This document shows, one piece after another, positions 38,943 to 49,518 of a stretch of 64,000 bases of DNA. Source of the DNA: a virus (Duplodnaviria; Caudoviricetes). The stretch spans positions 1-64,000 of the IMG/VR virus record IMGVR_UViG_3300021426_000064; one strand, given 5' to 3'. The position numbers and the translations under genes are program-made. Below the pieces are notes generated by a model. The model was given only the letters and a program-made list of their open reading frames with translations, ran no database searches and was not told where the DNA came from. How positions within the stretch are numbered: the stretch's first letter is position 1; every line of letters starts with the position of its first letter.

Positions 38943-39620
38943 ATGATAGAAACATTCGATAGTAAGGTCCACAGTACAGATGCTTTTGAGCAAATGCTGC
39001 AGCGACGCGAAAACGGCCGTCGCCGAAATGAAGCACAAGAGCAACGAATCCTAAAAACAGACACTGATTATTCCAGAGCCGAAAAGGGCGCGTCAATGAA
39101 CGACTTCTTTGAGTTAGTTAAGAAGATGGTTTTGCGAGGATTAAAGAAGTATAAGGTTGAGATTGTTCCTAATGACGGCCCCCGTAGAGTTCTTGATCCG
39201 GCTGAAAAAATCGACCACCCGATCATTTATTACAAAGTTGTCTCGCGGGTCCCTCGTGATAAAAACTATAAGCCGAGGTTCCGCGAAGATATTTATGACA
39301 AAAATCCCGATGGAAGCGAACTTCGTCAGGGTGCAATATATGGACAATTTTTTGATTGTGAAATTCAGTTTGACATTATCGCCAGTGATTACAGCACCGC
39401 TGATACGGTAATGAATGCTTTTGAAGATGCAATGCAAAAGTATGCTGGTTTCTTTAAAAGAAACGGTGTAAGTGAAGTTTTATTCGCAAAACAGTTTACT
39501 GATGAAAACCTTGATATCTACCGGCAAAGAATGTCAGTAAGGTCCTTGGTTTACGACGTAGCTATCGAGCGTATCCGGCTTGCTTATGACACAACAATTA
39601 TGGAAATCACTCAATCTTAA
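38943..39620 (+). CDS. Probable tail terminator or completion protein
   Basis: Position just before the sheath gene. GQFFDCEIQFDIIA. Confidence 0.5.
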   Translation: MIETFDSKVHSTDAFEQMLQRRENGRRRNEAQEQRILKTDTDYSRAEKGASMNDFFELVKKMVLRGLKKYKVEIVPNDGPRRVLDPAEKIDHPIIYYKVVSRVPRDKNYKPRFREDIYDKNPDGSELRQGAIYGQFFDCEIQFDIIASDYSTADTVMNAFEDAMQKYAGFFKRNGVSEVLFAKQFTDENLDIYRQRMSVRSLVYDVAIERIRLAYDTTIMEITQS

Positions 39621-39641
39621 TCTAATCATGGAGGTACTCTA

Positions 39642-42600
39642 ATGAGTGTACTTAACGAAGGGAATAATCTCCCTGGTACAATCATCGACATAGAGAGCGA
39701 AGTTAGCCGAGACTACGACCCGTCTCTCTGGGGAACCACAGAATCTGTGGTAGTGATTGGTACAGCATTTCAGGGCCCGGTAGGCGTTCCGACTCAGATC
39801 TACAATGTGGATATGGCTCGTTACTTCTTCGGTGCAACGTACGACAGTGCAACTCATCGCTCTGCATCCCTGGTTGCTAACATCCAGGCTTGTTTTGACC
39901 GTGGTTGCCGTACGATTTACGCAATGCGTGTTGGTGGTAAGGATATTTACAAGGATTTCCGTCTTTGTGAAGCTTCTGAAAAGTATCGTCTCCGTATTGC
40001 TGGTCAAACCCCGACCAATACAACGAAACAGAGCTATCTGCGTATCAACGTAGCCTCTGGTTTCGAACAGATTACGCTGTATAAGCCGGCAGCTAAGGCA
40101 ACAATTGCTGAAAGAAAACAGGCTTATGTGGATGACATGAATTCCATTCTTGCCTTCCAGATCAATTTGAATGCTGATGTTGGCCTCACCCGTAACGATA
40201 AACTCGTTGACCTGGTGCGTCATTTCAACAGCAATGAGCATAACAACGTGTTTGTTATGAGCATTATTGATGCTGATGGCAACGATGTAACGACTGCTCC
40301 CGAGGCACAGGAACTGCGTATTGGCTCCCTGTTCTCTGGCGTTTACTTTGTCGGTCGTGACAAGAATAGTGACGCCGCTCCGGCATATTCAGTTGTAACG
40401 GCCCGCGCTATTATCAACGAGAATGACCCGAAGCCGTACAGCTCTTACGATGAAAAGTTCTATCGCGTGGTAGAATTCAACTCTGATGTATCGAGCGAAT
40501 ATCCGATTACCGCACGTCGTTACGACGAACTGAAAAATCTCCTGCAGGGCGCATCCGTTGTTGCTGGCAATGATTACAAGTTCCTTGAAATGGCAGGCAT
40601 TGTTGACCGTGTTTGGCTCCAGGATGACGTCGACTATGAAGAAGCAGAACTGAGCAAGTTTGAGCTTTACAAGCGACTGGGTTCTGGCTTTGCAATTACG
40701 GCTCAGGCTATTGAACGTAAGGGTAAGGATAGTAAGGGCCGCGAACGTCGTCCCCGCATTATCGAAACTCCTGCAGATGATGCAAACCATATTGTTGGTA
40801 TCACCGACGGTATTTACTCTCTGCTCGAAAACACGGAAAGCCAGTGGCGCGTACTTGCTGCTGCTAACGCCGACGACAAAGCAGACGGCAAGCTGCCGAA
40901 AGCAGAAGCTTTCAAGATTGCTACGCCGAATCAGGTTAAGCTCTTTGGTAACCCTGTAAGCGGCAATGGTGCTCTTATTACGGCTACGCCGAAGGTTGCC
41001 GAAGATGACCTGACGGCACCGAAGGAATACGAATTCCACTTCATAAAGGTTGACGAGGAAGAAACCGAATACGACAACATTGAGGATGTATACACTGACC
41101 ATGTTGTAAAAATCGTTTCTCGCATTGACACTGGCGTAGCTGGTCTCAAGGCTATGTTGAAGGCAGATAAGTATCCCAACGGTACACTGTTCCTCGTTTT
41201 TGAACCGAGCAATTTGACGGAAGGTCATCTGTATCGGATTCTCGACGGCAAGGTAGCACTGCTTAACATCGCTCGTCTGGAAAACGAACTGTTCAGTGTA
41301 AATCGCGAACTTTATGTCGGTCAGATTGTAAATGGCGACCTCGTTTTTGTTCCGGCAGATGTTGTTGTTACGGCTGGAGCTCCCACAACATATCTCTTGA
41401 AAGAATATGTTCTGGTAGATAACGGCACGACTCTCTTTGTTGCTGCAGTAGATGAATCCACGGCTAATGCAGGCAAGGGCAAGCTTCGTCCGCTGGGTAC
41501 GCTCGAAAGCATGCTTGGCGATAATGATAACAAGACTCTGGTCTATGTCGAAGACTCTTATGCCCAGAAGAACCTTATCAACATTACGACGGGCGCGGCT
41601 GACTTCATTCCGCTCGAAGAATTCATGGAACTCCTGCAGGAAGATCCGTCCCTTAATAAGCTGTTCAACTTTGAACTGACTGAGGATGGGGCAGACCTGA
41701 TGTCGGAATATCCTGAGGATATCGAAGCGAATTACGTTTCCTCTACTGGCGGAAACCTCTACTTCGAACAGGTTCTTGCTGATGGCACTGTAGCTCCTGG
41801 TGAGTACTACGGCCTTGCTGAAAATAAGGAAATTGGCTACGACTACAGCAAGTACATTCCGTTCCGTACGAACGATAACTTTGTACGTCAGCTCGCACAG
41901 CACTGTGCAAAGACTTCTCTTGGCACGTCCATGACTCATGGCGTAATTGGTTACAGCCCGCTTCGCAACTATTCTCTTAAGTCTATTGCGGCTCGTGTTG
42001 AAGAACTGGTTAAGGTTAACTACTCCTTGTACGCCAAGAAGTGGAATGGCCGCGAGTTCCTGAATATCGACGGCAATCCGTACGAAATCGGCGGCAATGT
42101 TACTGTAACCGCTTTCCAGTACCCCATAACCTCCTCCAAGGATGGCGTAACGACTACTGTGAACGGTGCGGCTGGCTATGCTGGTATGGTTTCCGTACTG
42201 CCGGTTGATCAGAGCACGACGCTTCAGCCGACTGGCCTCAATGCTATTGACTTCTTCTACTCCAATACGCAGTTGAAGAGACTGATTAGTGCAGGTTATG
42301 TCGCTGCTCGTATGTCCGAGACGAAGGGTATCTGCATTGCAGATGGTGTAACCATGGCCCCGGCTACTGAGTTTAGAAACCGCATCTCCATTGTCCGTAC
42401 AATGAATGCTTGCGGCGATTCTATTCGTCGGGCTGCTGAGCCGTACATCGGTAAGAAGAATAGTCTCCAGAACCGCAGCGCCCTTAAGACGGCTGTTGAC
42501 TCTGCACTCAATAGCTTGACAGAGACGCTGATTTGGGATTACAAGTTCGAGATTGTCAACCTGAGCTCCTACACGAGCGATGCTGAAATTGACATCACTT

Positions 42601-42686
42601 ACGAAATCTTCCCGATGAACGAAATCAGGAGCGTAACTAACAACATTACTATTTCCCACCAGTCCACTGGCGGAAATAAGTCCTAA
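39642..42686 (+). CDS. Contractile tail sheath protein with large insertions
   Basis: LPGTII, VVIGTAFQGPV, IYAMRVG, YAGMVS, EPYIGKKN, IFPMNEIRSV. Confidence 0.9.
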   Translation: MSVLNEGNNLPGTIIDIESEVSRDYDPSLWGTTESVVVIGTAFQGPVGVPTQIYNVDMARYFFGATYDSATHRSASLVANIQACFDRGCRTIYAMRVGGKDIYKDFRLCEASEKYRLRIAGQTPTNTTKQSYLRINVASGFEQITLYKPAAKATIAERKQAYVDDMNSILAFQINLNADVGLTRNDKLVDLVRHFNSNEHNNVFVMSIIDADGNDVTTAPEAQELRIGSLFSGVYFVGRDKNSDAAPAYSVVTARAIINENDPKPYSSYDEKFYRVVEFNSDVSSEYPITARRYDELKNLLQGASVVAGNDYKFLEMAGIVDRVWLQDDVDYEEAELSKFELYKRLGSGFAITAQAIERKGKDSKGRERRPRIIETPADDANHIVGITDGIYSLLENTESQWRVLAAANADDKADGKLPKAEAFKIATPNQVKLFGNPVSGNGALITATPKVAEDDLTAPKEYEFHFIKVDEEETEYDNIEDVYTDHVVKIVSRIDTGVAGLKAMLKADKYPNGTLFLVFEPSNLTEGHLYRILDGKVALLNIARLENELFSVNRELYVGQIVNGDLVFVPADVVVTAGAPTTYLLKEYVLVDNGTTLFVAAVDESTANAGKGKLRPLGTLESMLGDNDNKTLVYVEDSYAQKNLINITTGAADFIPLEEFMELLQEDPSLNKLFNFELTEDGADLMSEYPEDIEANYVSSTGGNLYFEQVLADGTVAPGEYYGLAENKEIGYDYSKYIPFRTNDNFVRQLAQHCAKTSLGTSMTHGVIGYSPLRNYSLKSIAARVEELVKVNYSLYAKKWNGREFLNIDGNPYEIGGNVTVTAFQYPITSSKDGVTTTVNGAAGYAGMVSVLPVDQSTTLQPTGLNAIDFFYSNTQLKRLISAGYVAARMSETKGICIADGVTMAPATEFRNRISIVRTMNACGDSIRRAAEPYIGKKNSLQNRSALKTAVDSALNSLTETLIWDYKFEIVNLSSYTSDAEIDITYEIFPMNEIRSVTNNITISHQSTGGNKS

Positions 42687-42759
42687 TGCTGTTAGAAGTA
42701 AAAGGTTATAAGGCGGGCTTTCCCGCCCGCCTTAATTTTATATAGTGAGGTAAATGTAA

Positions 42760-43715
42760 ATGGCAAATGCAAATAGCTCCACTTACACGAACACCTACAC
42801 CACTTTTTCGGGCTGCGATATCGTATGCTCCTTCGGTTCTCAGATTATTGGCGAACTGCAAGGTATTAGTTATTCGGTGAAGAGTTGCCGATATTAGTCG
42901 ATTTACAGATAAGGCTAATAAAGCAGTGGGGAAAAATCCTGGAAGGCTAAGTCAAAAGATAAGCTAATCAGAGGTGAAGGCGAAAGCCAGCCGCAACGCA
43001 TAGGTTTTGAAATAATAAACCCACGAGGCCCCACCTGTCTCTGTATTAAGTCGTAAGACAAGATAGAAAAGATATGCTGAACATCATAGGAAACTATGAG
43101 AACTGGAGGATAAAAAGCCTTCAGGATAACAAAATTTGAACTCGTGAAAAGGCTCCGGTGTACACGATGGGTTCTGCAAATCCTCGTTCTTTCTCTCGCG
43201 GAAAGAGGGGTATCGCAGGTACTCTCGTGTTCGTGGTTTTCGATCATGACGCTCTGCTTAAAGGCTTGGCTGAACATGTCGAAAACAACAAAGTGTTCCA
43301 TCGTATCGGTAAGGATATTAACTGGAAGCCGATGACGATTGATCAGTGGGATAATGAGATGAAGAACATCGCCGCCCAAGGTGACAAAGGCACCACCAGT
43401 CAATCTGCCGGTACTCGAACCCAGGCAATATCTCAGCAGGCAGAACCGATTATCGCGGACGAAATACCCCCATTCGATATCACCATTTCCATGGCAAACG
43501 AATACGGGAAAGCAGCGGTCATGGTGCTGTATGGCGTAGAAATTCTGAATCAGGGCAGCCAGTTCTCTATGGATAATATCCAGAGCCAGATGGCTTGCAC
43601 GTTCGTTGCTGCTCGTCTGAAATGCCTTGAGGCTGTCGACATGGCTACTGGTAAGACCATTCCTAACGGCAACTCTACTATCAACATGGATGAGTACACG
43701 ACAACCCAGAATTAA
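42760..43715 (+). CDS. Tail tube protein, two exons: 42760-42878 and 43139-43715 (231 aa)
   Basis: Splicing gives TFSGCDIVCSFGSQIIGELQGISYSV|TREKAPVYTMGSANPRSFSRGKRGIAGTL. Gene follows the sheath. Confidence 0.88.
42879..43138 (+). ncRNA. ORF-less group I intron (260 nt) in the tail tube gene
   Basis: P1 TCGGT/GCCGA with U-G. P10 GAGTT/AACTC. AAATCCTGG/AATCAGAGG. P7 GCATA/TATGC. Terminal G. Confidence 0.88.
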
Positions 43716-43797
43716 ATAACCAATAATGGTAATATCGGGGTAGCACTCAAAACGGGTGCTACCCCGATATTTTTTGAGTGTTTGAAGGTGATTTTGT

Positions 43798-45867
43798 TTG
43801 ACAAAAAACGAAAAAGAGCTTTGGAATGATTACCAAACTGCATTAACAAACAGTATGGTTGCATCAAGAAAAGCGCAAGCGGAGTTTACTAAAAAGAATC
43901 CCGGCAAACAAGCCACGGCTGCTGACCTTATCAATTATGGTTATGACGCTGACGCAGTTAATAATCAACTTAAACAAAAACGACAGGGCCTTATTGATAA
44001 AGGGTTTGTCATAAAAGATGGCAAATGGCACGCGCCCGACGGGACAAATGTTTCCAATAAAGGGAAATTTCAGCCGCAGGAGTTATTCAGCGATCCCCCC
44101 GCAAGAGCGGATGGCAGGGGAGATGTGTCGGACGATGCACAAACATCCAAATATTCGCAGGCGCGAGAAAAAGTCCTGCAAGATATCCAAGTCGCAATCG
44201 ATGAGTATTTTGCTGAATCTGAAAAAACAAAGGTTATTCCGCAAATACAGAAAGCAATAAAAGACTTGAGTAGTGGAAAAGACAATAGCGTAAAAACGGC
44301 TATTGGCGACTATTCTCTTAATGAATCCGAAGCAGCATCGTTGCAGCAGGAAATGGACTCTCAGTTTGAATACAAGGTAACGGCTGCATGGGAAAAGAGT
44401 TACAATAAAAAACCTCGCGAAGCCGTAGCTGATCCAGAAAAACATGTGAGTGATGACGAAGCTTACGATATACGAAAAAAGTATGCTCAGAATATAAAAG
44501 CTGCAGAACAGCATGTTACAAACACGGTAGAGGCGGCGCTGAAGCAATTTGAAAAAAATAAACAACTCCCCACAGAAAGCGTTTTTGATAATTATGTAAA
44601 AAATTACATAGGTCAGACCGTTCATAAAAGCGAGTTCTTTCCTGTAGATATGCCGGAAAAGGAAAGAGCCTGTATTAGTAATTATATTTACCAGGATATT
44701 AGGGGAGACTTACTAAATAAATACCGAGAGCTTGCTAAAGGTGAAAGTCAGGTTACAGGCAAAACTCCTGGCGAGATAATCGCAGGCAGTACTGGCAAGA
44801 CTAATGAGGCAACAAAACCCAAGGTTACAAGCCGGACAGTCTCAGGCTTTGCAAAAACAAATATATCATTTTCAGGCTGCGATATGGTTATCACTGCTGA
44901 AATGGTGACAACAAAAGGTACTCCTGTATCGGTAATGGTAGGCGAAGCTCAGACTATTTCCTATTCCATCTATCGCAAGCTCAGCCCAATACTAAATATT
45001 GGTAATATCAATGCCAAGGATTATGTGGGCGGCCCCAGAACAATTGCCGGCAGCTTAGTTATGACTGTATTTAACCAGCATTGGGGGACGCAACTTATCG
45101 ACCAGTTCTCAAAAATCGAAGGCTATGCATCATCCCGAAAAGTCTTGATGGATGAACTAGCGCCAATGAACATAACTATTAGTATGGCAAATGAATATGG
45201 TATTTGCTCCAGACTTGCAATTTACAGCGTTCGTATATTCTCTGAAGGGCAAGTCATGTCCATTAACGACATATTCACGGAGAACACCTTCCAGTATGTT
45301 GCCTTAAATATTGACTATCTTGCGGATGTAAATACAAAAGAAGACTTAGAGCCTTTGTATCGCGATGCAATTATTGCGCACGAAAAGATGGTTGAGGAAG
45401 CGTCAAAGACAGGCATCAGTAAAAGTGGCAATAGCGGTAATACGCCACCAAATCAGGGTGGGGGCGATAGTGTATCGAAGGATGGCAAGATAGAGTTTGA
45501 CCCCAATAAGGATACGTCAAAACAAAAAGAAGATACAAAATCGCAACCATTATCGCAGCCACAGACATCAAGTGGCGGTTTTACCGGTCTTAATGGAGAG
45601 CAAATTCCTTACGTGTCTTGTGGTGATAACAAGGCTGGCGCTCTTAATAAAGCGGCGTCATTAAGAAAGGAATATGCAGAAGCAGTTATTGGTGACTTGA
45701 ACAAAATTGACGATTTAAAGAAAAACCCGGATTCGCCCGCCAACGAAAAGGTAATGAAAGAGCTTGCCCGAATAACGAGATGGTACAGAGAGGCAGTGTT
45801 GGAAATAACAAAACATTATGAACAGGTCGATCCTATGGATATTCGTACCGACAGAACAGGGGTGTGA
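43798..45867 (+). CDS. Tail-tube-domain protein (tube initiator or baseplate) with long extensions
   Basis: Internal SFSGCD...GEAQTISYS...GPRTIAGSL...PMNITISMANEYG is paralogous to the tube. Confidence 0.75.
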   Translation: MTKNEKELWNDYQTALTNSMVASRKAQAEFTKKNPGKQATAADLINYGYDADAVNNQLKQKRQGLIDKGFVIKDGKWHAPDGTNVSNKGKFQPQELFSDPPARADGRGDVSDDAQTSKYSQAREKVLQDIQVAIDEYFAESEKTKVIPQIQKAIKDLSSGKDNSVKTAIGDYSLNESEAASLQQEMDSQFEYKVTAAWEKSYNKKPREAVADPEKHVSDDEAYDIRKKYAQNIKAAEQHVTNTVEAALKQFEKNKQLPTESVFDNYVKNYIGQTVHKSEFFPVDMPEKERACISNYIYQDIRGDLLNKYRELAKGESQVTGKTPGEIIAGSTGKTNEATKPKVTSRTVSGFAKTNISFSGCDMVITAEMVTTKGTPVSVMVGEAQTISYSIYRKLSPILNIGNINAKDYVGGPRTIAGSLVMTVFNQHWGTQLIDQFSKIEGYASSRKVLMDELAPMNITISMANEYGICSRLAIYSVRIFSEGQVMSINDIFTENTFQYVALNIDYLADVNTKEDLEPLYRDAIIAHEKMVEEASKTGISKSGNSGNTPPNQGGGDSVSKDGKIEFDPNKDTSKQKEDTKSQPLSQPQTSSGGFTGLNGEQIPYVSCGDNKAGALNKAASLRKEYAEAVIGDLNKIDDLKKNPDSPANEKVMKELARITRWYREAVLEITKHYEQVDPMDIRTDRTGV

Positions 45868-45873
45868 TATTTT

Positions 45874-47673
45874 TTGTTTGCTAGAAACACAATAATGCCG
45901 GTAGAGATTCATGGCGATACTCTAAAAGCCATGTTCTTCGGAGGGTATTATAATCACTCCACGGTAATAATTCAGGGGGTTCCAAGCGGAGATATTCTCA
46001 ATAAAATTGAAAATGCAGAGACGATAGTTGAAGAAGATGATTTGCTTGGTTATCCCTGTATGGAAATAAAAGGGCTGTCGCAAGGGAGCTACATTGTTTA
46101 CACAACAACGGTTGATGGTTCAGAGCGTTCGGAGGCATACCACTTTACTGTAACCGGTGATAGCAAAGCGCAAATTCTTCAGCAGGCGGCAGAGTCTGCA
46201 GGGGTATGGCAAAGCAACTACGTAAAATCCACAGTTGCAGATATGTCTGAGCGCACAGACGTAATAAAATGGTTAAATCAACGAATCAAAGAAGCTAAAA
46301 ATACGGACGATAAAATCAGCGCATCTATGGTTCTTTATATGTACGTCAGTCTTATTAATAAACGCGCGCAAAAATGTTGCTTTACACCCGAACCGTTTAC
46401 CCTGGAAGCGTTAAGTGGTAACTTTCGTCTTGATGGAGAAGCCGTACGTGTAATTCGACACAATCTTCAAAATGGAAAATGCGAGACTTTTATCCCTTCT
46501 ATATTGCAGGATTTGTGTCATATGCAAGAAGAAGATGGCGGGATCTATCTGTATGTTGAGGTGGGTGAAAGTGGCCTGCCGATAAACTATGCATTGTCAT
46601 ACAAGCCAGAAGCGAAAACGATGGCGCTGATAAAGGAAGAGATGATCCAAAGAGGACAAAAGCTGCAGCGGGCGCTTGAAAGAACCATTGATTATCCCAT
46701 ATCTTATCTTGAATTTTCAGAAGAAGAGCTGCAGTGGGTTTCCATAATCGACAAGCTCCGTGACGGGATTCCTTTATTTAGGGCGCCGAACATCCAGTAC
46801 AAACATGGGGTGATTACCGTAACGCCTCACGAAGAAGACATTGCTCTCTTAGATTTTGTCAGCGGCAACTTGTATCTCGCTATTAATGAGCTCGAATATT
46901 GTCTCGGAAGTAATCGGCGCCGAGTAAAAATGCAACCCAAGGAGTTTCATATTTATAACGACAGCTTTGGTATTGGAACAGAACCGTATCTGTATTGGAT
47001 TGAAAATAAAGATGGGCAGGTGCTTTCCGATATAAGAGTACTAAACCTATCTGTAGATTCTGAAATGGGTGGGATTGTGTATGATACGGATGATGCGAAT
47101 TACATTAATGAACGACTTCGAAAATTAGAACTGTATCATTACAAAAAACATCTTATTCCTATAGTTCAAAACAATACCACAACACAGGCTAACTTTGAAA
47201 AGATAGCTGATGCCTTTTCTGTATGCGAATCGGATGGAGAGACGCAGCCGGCAGGAGTGGCGGACAATATTCTTGACCGCAATATTCTGCGCAGTAATAT
47301 TCTCACGTTTGCCGAACTCAGCATGGCTGTAATGCGGGACAGGATTACCTATAGCCGTTACGGCACAAATATTGTCAAGGCCCCGTTCTATTATCGCAGC
47401 AAATTAAATACAATCGTCCTCCCCATGGGGCAGGATATATTATACAAAATTGTACGATATGATTTTAAAAATGGTCGGCAAGTTGATTATATCCCAGCGC
47501 TGAAACAAAGCACAAGAGAATACAGATTTAACAATACCGAGTGGGCATTTGTAACCGCGTTAGACACAAACGATATGAGAACATCTGGTTATATTATGTT
47601 GGACTTTAGTAAGCGAGGAGTGTCTGCCAACGTATATACGTATATGGCAACAAATGTGGAGGTGAGCTATTAA
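45874..47673 (+). CDS. Hypothetical tail or baseplate-region protein
   Basis: 599-aa ORF within the operon. Confidence 0.6.
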   Translation: MFARNTIMPVEIHGDTLKAMFFGGYYNHSTVIIQGVPSGDILNKIENAETIVEEDDLLGYPCMEIKGLSQGSYIVYTTTVDGSERSEAYHFTVTGDSKAQILQQAAESAGVWQSNYVKSTVADMSERTDVIKWLNQRIKEAKNTDDKISASMVLYMYVSLINKRAQKCCFTPEPFTLEALSGNFRLDGEAVRVIRHNLQNGKCETFIPSILQDLCHMQEEDGGIYLYVEVGESGLPINYALSYKPEAKTMALIKEEMIQRGQKLQRALERTIDYPISYLEFSEEELQWVSIIDKLRDGIPLFRAPNIQYKHGVITVTPHEEDIALLDFVSGNLYLAINELEYCLGSNRRRVKMQPKEFHIYNDSFGIGTEPYLYWIENKDGQVLSDIRVLNLSVDSEMGGIVYDTDDANYINERLRKLELYHYKKHLIPIVQNNTTTQANFEKIADAFSVCESDGETQPAGVADNILDRNILRSNILTFAELSMAVMRDRITYSRYGTNIVKAPFYYRSKLNTIVLPMGQDILYKIVRYDFKNGRQVDYIPALKQSTREYRFNNTEWAFVTALDTNDMRTSGYIMLDFSKRGVSANVYTYMATNVEVSY

Positions 47674-48281
47674 TGGCAAGCATCATCAGCACATTTCAGA
47701 AAGCTACTGACGCCGTGTATCCATCAGAAGTTATCAATAGAACCAATATCTATAACTCCATGGGGGGCGATCTAGGTTTTCGAAATGCCTTTACCGTCCA
47801 CGACTTAAATGGGCGAAGATATTACTCGTCAATCGATGCAGCGATTCTCTTTAATGGCCAGATGGTAGATGAAATCGTGCAGATTCAGTGGACTATTGAA
47901 GAGCAGACAATGCCTCTGTTCGGATATAACAGTTATGTATGGGACGAAATCGCCAAAGGATCAAGAATTATTCGCGGGGCATTTGCAATAAACTTTGTTG
48001 TTCCGGACTACTTAAATATGATCCTAGAGAAGTCAATTAAGGACGGCAGCTTCAAAAACACAGGAAAACAGACTGAGCCTAATAAACATTCTGCAATGTA
48101 TTCTAATTCCTTTTCCATTGGCATTGGGTATGGAAGCAAAGATGATATTGTTGGGGAAACCCCGTGTATCATTTTGGAAAATGCAGTCATCCAGTCTTGC
48201 GGACAAGCGCTGGATACACAGGGGGCAAACCTCGTAGAGATGTACCAGTTTATCGCTAGGGACAGGAGTTATTCAAGATAA
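47673..48281 (+). CDS. Tail-tube paralog
   Basis: YYSSID...QIQWTIEEQTMPLFGY...GSRIIRGAF. Confidence 0.65.
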   Translation: MASIISTFQKATDAVYPSEVINRTNIYNSMGGDLGFRNAFTVHDLNGRRYYSSIDAAILFNGQMVDEIVQIQWTIEEQTMPLFGYNSYVWDEIAKGSRIIRGAFAINFVVPDYLNMILEKSIKDGSFKNTGKQTEPNKHSAMYSNSFSIGIGYGSKDDIVGETPCIILENAVIQSCGQALDTQGANLVEMYQFIARDRSYSR

Positions 48282-48355
48282 ATGTAATAACCTTTTTCTC
48301 TTTAGTAATGTGTGCCACGTAGAGCAAACAAATTAGAGAGAAAGAGGTTATTATT

Positions 48356-49504
48356 TTGCGCAAACTCGCATCTATTCAGGTTATTAAAAAAATAGAGCCA
48401 ATCGAAGGTGCTGATCGCATCGAAAAAGCAACAGTTCTTGGTTGGCATGTTGTAGTTCAAAAAGGACTTTATAAGGAAGGCGACCGCGTTGTCTATTTGG
48501 AGATCGACTCTGTTCTTCCGAAAGAACTTGCTGAACGGGCCGGATTCGCAGATAAGTATTTGAAGACGCGTCGCTTTAAAGGTGTATACTCCCAGGGCAT
48601 GTGCGTCCCACTTACCGAACTTTATCATACAAAATTTCCGTACGGCAGTGGCAGCGCAACAAACATTGTAGAGGCCGCAAAAGATGGCCGTTGGGACGAT
48701 ACGGATGTAACAGAATATCTCGGTATCACAAAGCATGAGGCCGACCAGCGCAACGATGAGCAGTGGTGGAAGAAGAATCGTGCAACGGTAAAACCACCAA
48801 AGAAGTGGTATACGAAGTTCCGTCTTGGCCGCTGGTTCTGGAAAAAGTTCCTTTACAAACCCACATCTGGCCCGTTCCCATCTGACCTCGTGCCCAAAAC
48901 GGACGAGACTCGTGTTCAGGTTCTTGGCGATGTTTTGGAAAAATATAAAGGGGTTCGTTGCCAGTATACGGAAAAGCTGGATGGCTCCTCCATCACGTTC
49001 TGGAAAGACAAGAAGGATAAGTTGCATGTATGCAGCCGTAACCGCGAAATCTTTGACGAGAAAGATTTTATGTACGCCACAATCGCAGATAAGTATGCCG
49101 ATAAGTTTGGTTATGGTTTTGTATATCAGGGCGAAATCCTCGGCCCGAATATTCAGGGAAACAAGTATGGCGTAAAAGATTACGAGGTATATATTTATCA
49201 GGCATACTGCCCGGAAACAAAAGTTTATCTTGCACCGGGAGAGCTTAGTGCACATCTTCAGTCTGCAGGGCTTTCGCAGGTTCCTATCCTTGGTGAATTT
49301 GATCTTACTGACGATATTGATGCACTGGTTGATATGTCTATTGGCATGAGCGTTCTGGCAAGCCGTGGCAAGGATACGCAGCGCGAAGGCATTGTTATCC
49401 GCCCGCTCGAGAACATAGATGGCCTTTATGACAAGCGTTTTGTTGGTGGCCGTCTCTCTTTCAAGGCAATCAATCCTAAGTTTCTAGTAAAATACAATTT
49501 GTAA
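48356..49504 (+). CDS. RNA ligase, DRB0094/Rnl2-like, with an N-terminal OB domain
   Basis: MRKLASIQ...IEGADRIE, TEKLDGSS, QGEI, REGIVIR, SFKAIN. Confidence 0.9.
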   Translation: MRKLASIQVIKKIEPIEGADRIEKATVLGWHVVVQKGLYKEGDRVVYLEIDSVLPKELAERAGFADKYLKTRRFKGVYSQGMCVPLTELYHTKFPYGSGSATNIVEAAKDGRWDDTDVTEYLGITKHEADQRNDEQWWKKNRATVKPPKKWYTKFRLGRWFWKKFLYKPTSGPFPSDLVPKTDETRVQVLGDVLEKYKGVRCQYTEKLDGSSITFWKDKKDKLHVCSRNREIFDEKDFMYATIADKYADKFGYGFVYQGEILGPNIQGNKYGVKDYEVYIYQAYCPETKVYLAPGELSAHLQSAGLSQVPILGEFDLTDDIDALVDMSIGMSVLASRGKDTQREGIVIRPLENIDGLYDKRFVGGRLSFKAINPKFLVKYNL

Positions 49505-49518
49505 GGGGAAGAAAATAA

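Noticed and set aside
40389-42659. 756-aa antisense ORF opposite the sheath gene
   Set aside because: Same shadow-ORF effect from codon bias.
42915-43403. 162-aa minus-strand ORF over the tube intron as a possible HEG
   Set aside because: Wrong strand, overlaps exon 2, and has no nuclease motifs.
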